In this document: positions 34,448-40,276 of the stretch, piece after piece | Layout: the number at the start of each line of letters is the position of its first letter | Numbering within the stretch: the stretch's first letter is position 1 | NCBI GenBank assembly: GCA_003614675.1 | Contig: ML002340.1 | Coordinates: forward strand, 1 to 40,276 | Length of the DNA: 40,276 nt | Direction of reading: 5' to 3' | Origin: Dimargaris cristalligena | Taxonomy: Eukaryota | Made by a program: the position numbers and the translations under genes | Notes under the pieces: generated by a model | The model's database searches: none | What the model was told of the DNA's origin: nothing | The model's input: the letters and a program-made list of their open reading frames with translations, nothing else

Positions 34448-36076
34448 CTACCAACCAAAAATCATATCTATTGCATTCTGAAGCACACTGTTGCGGGGAT
34501 AGTTGGTAGGTTTCTCATCGCGCACCCCATTGGTAGGAGGTTTGACTTGAATGGGTTGAATCGACATGGGAGCAGAAGGCGGAGGTGGGGCATTGGGCCG
34601 GCCACGCATACTCGACGGCGGAGGGGGAGCCCGGAGTCCACGCGATTTGGGAGGAGAATCGGTAGGGGCACACTGCGAAGACTCTTCCTCCGGAGGGGCA
34701 GTGGTGCCGTTGGTGGACTGACCCGGATCAGCATTATTGAGCGGTCGGGCAAACGAGATGACCGGCGGAGCGGGGTTGAACGGATTTACGGTCAAGGTAG
34801 AAGAAACCTGCCGAATACCAGGGGGCAAGAGGTCAAAGCCGGAAGCCGGTGGAGGGGGGTCGAATAGGGAAATGAGCGGGGCCTGCTGGCCGTAGGAAGG
34901 GGGCTGGCTGGCCTGCGATACCGGGGGGTTGGTGGTGATTGGATCTTGGAAGCCCGGGATATTACCGTATTTCAACTCAGGGGGTACGGCGTAAAAAGGG
35001 GTCGGCGCAGTAGGGACTGGGTGGGAGGCATTCTTGGCGGATTTAGAAGGGGATGTCATGTGGTTGGCCAACGAGCGCAAAAATCCAGGCGCGCCACCAG
35101 GATTCGACACTGCCGTGGGCGCCAGGGGACCATTGGACGCCAGAGTAGGCGGGGCCGTGAAGGCATTACTGGGGACTACGGCCACCATGGTGTTGTTCGA
35201 GATGAGCGTGCCGTTACAGCTCAAGGCCCTACTAGCCTCGCCGGGCAACGAATATACCAAGGTGATGTAGTTCGCGTCCGGGTTGGCGAGACTATAGGTA
35301 GTAATGTTTCCGAACTGACTGAAATAGCGGAACACCTCCAGGGCTGAACCGGGCGGGAACCCAAAGACAGTCACCTTGAACCCGGTCTTCTCCAGTGTCT
35401 CGACCGGGACCGTGGAGTACATCTTCCCTTGGGCAAACTCTTCGGGTATCCGATTGTCGGGCTCTTGTTTGGCTTCCGAGGCCGGGGGAGGCGGGTTAGA
35501 CATGGTGTAGGTCCGAGACCCCCTCACCTGGTCGAGGTCATCCAGAGTAGTGGAAGGTGGTACGTCACCCAATACCGTGATTTGGTCCATATGAACCTGT
35601 TTCTTCTGACGGCTATTCAGCATGTCAACGTGGCCAAAGCCGGTACCTGTGCTGAGACGGCGTTGGACATGGATGGGGCCACGGCCCGGCAGGGTGTAAA
35701 TGGGGGACTCGGTGGGCGGTTCGGGGGAAGTTAGGGCGAGGGATCGACGGCTACTGGGGGAGGGCCGCGTTCGCGGGGAATACTCGCCCACGGAGGCGGC
35801 CGGAGGGGCAAAGCCACTCAATAAGTAGGAAGGTAGGTACTGGGGCTGGCCAGCGGAATGAGGATCGGTCTCCATGGGACTATCCATTCGACCACCGCTG
35901 GAATGGGTATAGAGGGAAGAGTCCCGTTTGCTGAAGGAACTGCTAAACGGATGGCCAGGATTACTATAGACGTCATTAGTGGGTGCACCAAAGGCCAACG
36001 GGTTCTGCTTGCGGGGTGAAGCCGCAGGGCGAGGGTGGGAGGTGGAAAATAGGGTCTGCGACGAAGAATTAAACAT
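34448..36076 (-). CDS. NUP53: Nucleoporin Nup53/Nup35 (MPPN-type RRM), intronless
   Basis: Motifs YLPSYLL and PPSTTLDD; RRM VTVFGFPP..YFSQFGNI..NYITLVY..ASRALSCNG..MVAV; C-terminal amphipathic helix VLQNAIDMIFGW*. Confidence 0.9.
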   Translation of the reverse strand: MFNSSSQTLFSTSHPRPAASPRKQNPLAFGAPTNDVYSNPGHPFSSSFSKRDSSLYTHSSGGRMDSPMETDPHSAGQPQYLPSYLLSGFAPPAASVGEYSPRTRPSPSSRRSLALTSPEPPTESPIYTLPGRGPIHVQRRLSTGTGFGHVDMLNSRQKKQVHMDQITVLGDVPPSTTLDDLDQVRGSRTYTMSNPPPPASEAKQEPDNRIPEEFAQGKMYSTVPVETLEKTGFKVTVFGFPPGSALEVFRYFSQFGNITTYSLANPDANYITLVYSLPGEASRALSCNGTLISNNTMVAVVPSNAFTAPPTLASNGPLAPTAVSNPGGAPGFLRSLANHMTSPSKSAKNASHPVPTAPTPFYAVPPELKYGNIPGFQDPITTNPPVSQASQPPSYGQQAPLISLFDPPPPASGFDLLPPGIRQVSSTLTVNPFNPAPPVISFARPLNNADPGQSTNGTTAPPEEESSQCAPTDSPPKSRGLRAPPPPSSMRGRPNAPPPPSAPMSIQPIQVKPPTNGVRDEKPTNYPRNSVLQNAIDMIFGW

Positions 36077-36989
36077 GATTGGAGCAACACAGTTCGGTTT
36101 TGAACTTTGCGGATTGTATCAAGGGTATGTGGAGGGTTTCGGGCAGTAGTGGAAAACACGGCAATAAACTAGAAGAAGAAAAAAACAACAGGAAAAGGAA
36201 TGGAATGGAAGGTATTAGAATGGGGCCTAACGAAGAGGTGGGGCTGGTTTAGTTGAGTTTGGTTTAGGCAGGCGGGGCGTTAATTGGCCTTAACAAGAAT
36301 TAAGGCAGTAGTGGAGAAAGAGTTTAGAAAGGGAACTTGGGACGGACTAGTACTAGTTCTCGTACTAGTGACAGCTTCAAATAGGCCTGCTTCAAGTGAA
36401 ATGAATCAGTGGCCAAGAATCCTAACAAGCGAAAAAGGAAACGGCTGGTTCGAGACGTGGAGAGGTGAGAACGGCGGGGTAAGAATCACCACCACAGCCT
36501 GTAAATAGACCACTCTTTTATTTACACCAGCTGTGTTTCACCTTCCCGCTGCATGAACTCTATGTATGCGCATAGAAACTAACGACTCCAGCAATTGGAC
36601 CTAGTCCAAAGGCCCTCCCTTCCCTATTCGCTGCCACTGGTAATATGCGCATACAATTACATCCACCACATCTATAGCGGTTTTTTTTTCTGCTCTGCTC
36701 TGGTGGGAGAAAAGCCCCGCGTTTGGGTTGGGCTGGCGTGAGTGGGACGGTGTCTGCCCTGCGCATGTGGAAAGGGTCTGAAGCGCCTTCCCATAGTCCA
36801 CCCCTATTAACAACGGATCCCCTACGGGTTCAGAGCGCTTCACCACCCTGTCTTCTTCTCATTCATTACCCTATTTCTACAAAGAAAGGTTTTGTCGAGT
36901 AACCACGACATTCCTTCGTATTCCTTTGTACTGCACTTTCTGTACCCTTCAACCACCCCTCCCCTCCCCTCTCGCAATACCTCAGCACC

Positions 36990-39810
36990 ATGTCCCTGGT
37001 TGCGCTGAACGGTAAGTACTCCTAGCTATACAGTATATCTTCAAGCAGAGTCCCTTCTCCACCCGCATTGCTCTTTCCAAGAGACATATAGCCCACCCAC
37101 CGGCTCTGCCTGAAGCTGATTGACCCCCCAGGGTCAAAGAAAAGGGCTTACACTAGAAACGATATATAATGGACCTATTCGACCTATCAATGATCCTTCG
37201 TATGGGCGGTATCAGCCCATACTTATTATGATCCTAGTATTTACCCTGTGGCCAAACTGGGCCGCCACTGCCCATCGGCCATTATACTTGTTTGTCTGCT
37301 ATATTCCCATCTATTTAACCACCCCGCCTCTATAACCCCACGCCTTCCATACGCGATACCTCCATACAATAGACTCCCCTCAAAATGTGCTGGTTCTCGG
37401 CAGTGGTGGCCGCGAACACGCCATTGTGTGGAAATTAGCCCAGTCCCCCAAGGTGGGTCACATCTTCGTCGCCCCGGGTAACGGTGGCACCGCCAGTTTC
37501 TCTCCCAAGGTGTCCAACATCGCCGTTGACGGTCCCGGATTTACGGGCCTGGTCAAGTTCGCTCTGGCCAATGCCGTTAACCTGGTGATCCCCGGTCCTG
37601 AGCAGCCGCTGGTGGATGGTGCTACCGATATTTTCCGCCGGGCGGGTATCCCCTGCTTCGGCCCCTCTGCGCGGGCGGCCCAGATGGAGGGCTCCAAGGC
37701 CTTCAGCAAGGATTTCATGGCCCGCCACGCCATCCCCACCGCCCAATACCGCAACTTCACCGACTACGAAGAGGCCCGCGCTTATTTACAGTCCATCGAT
37801 CATGACGTGGTCATCAAGGCCTCGGGTCTGGCCGCCGGTAAGGGCGTTTTGATCCCGACATCTAAAGAAGAGGCCCTCCAAGCCCTAGCCACTGTCATGG
37901 TGGACAAGGAGTTTGGTGATGCTGGTAGCGAAGTGGTAATTGAAGAATTTTTAACTGGCCAAGAAATTAGCATCCTCGCCTTCGCGGACGGCTACACGAT
38001 CTATCAATGCCCGCCTGCCCAGGACCACAAGCGCGCTTATGACGGCGACGAAGGTCCCAATACGGGAGGCATGGGCTGCTATGCCCCGGCACCCGTTGCC
38101 TCGCCCGAACTCCTGGCTCAGGTCCAGCGCACTATTCTGCAACCCACCATCGATGGCCTACGTCGGGATGGTATTCCATTCGTAGGTATGCTCTTCACCG
38201 GTCTGATGCTCACGCCGGACGGTCCCAAAGTCCTAGAATACAACGTTCGTTTCGGAGACCCCGAAACCGAAGTCGTACTGCCCTTGATGGACTCTTCCTG
38301 TGACTTGTACGAAGTCATGCTGGCTTGCGTCGAAGGCCGCCTAGACTCCGTTCCCCTAACCTTCAGCCCTGGATACGCTGCCACTGTGGTTATGGCGTCG
38401 GCCGGCTACCCAGGACCCTACCCCAAGGGTAAGGTCATTTCCTTCACCCCGCCTGCCGAGGATACCATGGTGTTCCATGCCGGAACTATCGCTACCGCCG
38501 ACGATACCATTGTGACCTCGGGTGGTCGGGTGCTTACCGTCACCGGAACTGGCCCTACCCTCCCCGAGGCCCTCGGACTGGCCTACGCTGGTGTGCATAC
38601 GGTCGAATTCGAGGGCGCCTTCTACCGGAAAGACATTGGCCACCGTGCCCTGACTTTCCTGAAAGAAGCGGCTGAGAACCCCATCAAGGGACTCACGTAC
38701 GCTGCCGCTGGTGTCAGCATCAACGCCGGAAATGATTTGGTCGATAAGATCAAGGCTGTTGTGAAGAGTACCCGTCGCCCGGGAACCGATTCCGAGATTG
38801 GAGGCTTCGGTGGCGTCTTTGACCTCAAAGCCACCGGCTACAAGGATCCCGTGCTCGTGTCCGCCACTGATGGTGTGGGAACGAAGCTCAAGCTGGCCCA
38901 CGCCCTGGGTATCCATAACACCGTTGGTATCGACCTCGTGGCCATGCAGGTCAACGATGTGGTGGTCCAGGGTGCTGAACCCCTCTTCTTCCTGGACTAT
39001 TATGCTTGCGGCCACTTGGACGTCGATGCTGCCCACCAGTTCATCGCGGGGGTGGCCCGTGGATGTCAAGAAGCCGGCTGCGCTCTTATTGGCGGGGAAA
39101 CCGCCGAAATGCCCGGTATGTACGGACCCGGTGATTACGATGTCGCTGGTTTTGTGGTCGGTGCCGTGGAACGTGAGGCCATCCTGCCCCGCTTGGATGA
39201 CATTCAGGTCGGCGATGTCTTGCTGGGTCTCCCGTCGTCGGGTGTGCACTCTAACGGCTTCTCCCTGGTCCGCAAGATCATTGAACACAAGGGACTCACC
39301 CTCCAGTCCCCCTGCCCCTTCCCCGTTCCCCAGTCCCCCTATGAAGTTGAAGGGACTAACCCCGCCTCGGCCAACGCATCCCTGGGCGAGGCCCTCCTCA
39401 CGCCAACCCGCATCTACGTCAAATCCCTACTCCCTGCTATTCGCCTGGGTCTTATCAAGGCCATGGCTCATATTACGGGAGGTGGGTTTATCGATAATGT
39501 ACCTAGGGTTCTGCCCGCTCATTTGGGCGTCGAAGTGGACGCTGCCCAGTGGCCCCTTCCCTCCGTCTTCCGCTGGTTGAAGCAGGCCGGACAGGTCAGC
39601 GACTTCGAAATGTCCCGTACCTTCAACTGCGGTATCGGCATGGTTCTGGTCGTTTCGGCTGACCAGGCGGCGACTGTTATTGAGACCCTCCAGGCGAACG
39701 GTGAACCCCAAGTCCATGAGATTGGACATGTAGTGCCCCGCGCCACTGCTGCCGATGGTGGGGAGTCTGAACCGGTCACTCTTCTGAATACCGAAGGAAA
39801 CTGGGCCTAA
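36990..39810 (+). CDS. ADE5,7: Bifunctional phosphoribosylamine-glycine ligase / AIR synthetase (PurD-PurM), ~819 aa
   Basis: Exons 36990-37011 (GTAAGT donor) and 37373-39810. GARS motifs [50 protein letters not shown] motifs [54 protein letters not shown]. Confidence 0.98.
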
Positions 39811-40276
39811 TTCGAACTGTGGGATTTAGGCATCCTTGCCAACCCATTAGCTTATTTAACGTGACCAAATACGTTTTAGATATAAAAATGACACAACTAT
39901 ACAACCATATCTCCTAATTCTCTGGGTACCCATAAACACTGTTAATAAATAAATCCTAGCTGGCCCAGTTAAAGAAAGGGTATTTTTAATTTACCTGTTT
40001 GAAAGATTTCGGTAATTTCATTGTACTTAATAAAAGTATTTGGACCCACATTCTTAAATCCATTATGGCCGTGATAGCGACTGGTGAAGGAATTAAAGGG
40101 CCTTTATATACCCACGACTGTTAAGTACTTTTTAGACGTGCCAATCGAATAAATTAGCTAAACTTGCTGTTACACTAATTGACTCCCCATTTTTTTTCGA
40201 GTTTGGGGCTCGTCAATTGATGTACTCAATGTTCAGCCATTTGGTCTACAATCCTGGTCCAATCAACTTTACATGG

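Noticed and set aside
38356-39288. 310-aa antisense ORF, and similar shadow ORFs such as 18301-18951(+), 38798-39580(+) and 26140-26583(-)
   Set aside because: They overlap highly conserved genes and are explained by GC-rich codon bias; no protein motifs were seen.
18298-39810. Apparent nucleotide-biosynthesis cluster (URA3, FLX1, ADE5,7) and ER-Golgi pair (BET5, SAR1)
   Set aside because: The genes are separated by unrelated loci, which is consistent with chance in a compact genome.
1-40276. CRISPR arrays, transposons, rRNA/tRNA, prokaryotic systems
   Set aside because: No regularly spaced repeats, terminal repeats, transposase/RT motifs or structural RNA signatures were seen; the window is spliceosomal-intron-rich eukaryotic DNA.

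Overview
Gene-dense, intron-containing eukaryotic DNA, most likely from an early-diverging fungus (a Zoopagomycota/Dimargaritales-like source is my inference, not proven). Introns are GT-AG, mostly 140-390 nt, often with CTAAC-type branch points. I built spliced models by hand for 16 genes: a BRCA2/Brh2 homologue, a gp78/AMFR-type RING E3, BET5, RPC31, YHM2, RPC37, URA3, an F-box/LRR-like protein, an orphan 3-exon gene, SAR1, a CHZ-motif protein, a secreted orphan protein, RPS27, a FLX1/SLC25A32-type carrier, NUP53 and ADE5,7. There is also a possible terminal exon at the left edge. No tRNA, rRNA, CRISPR array or transposon was recognised. The most interesting observations are: (1) a Cys-poor secreted protein with signal peptide, RxLR-like motif and F-box-like motif, a candidate effector that hijacks a host SCF ligase; (2) a 1-nt frameshift in a C9 run inside the BRCA2 OB1 domain; (3) an animal-like OB3 plus an extra C-terminal region in this fungal BRCA2; (4) a long, highly base-paired RPS27 intron; (5) a gp78-like ligase that ends right after the RING. 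All family calls come from recognising motifs by eye; no searches were run.
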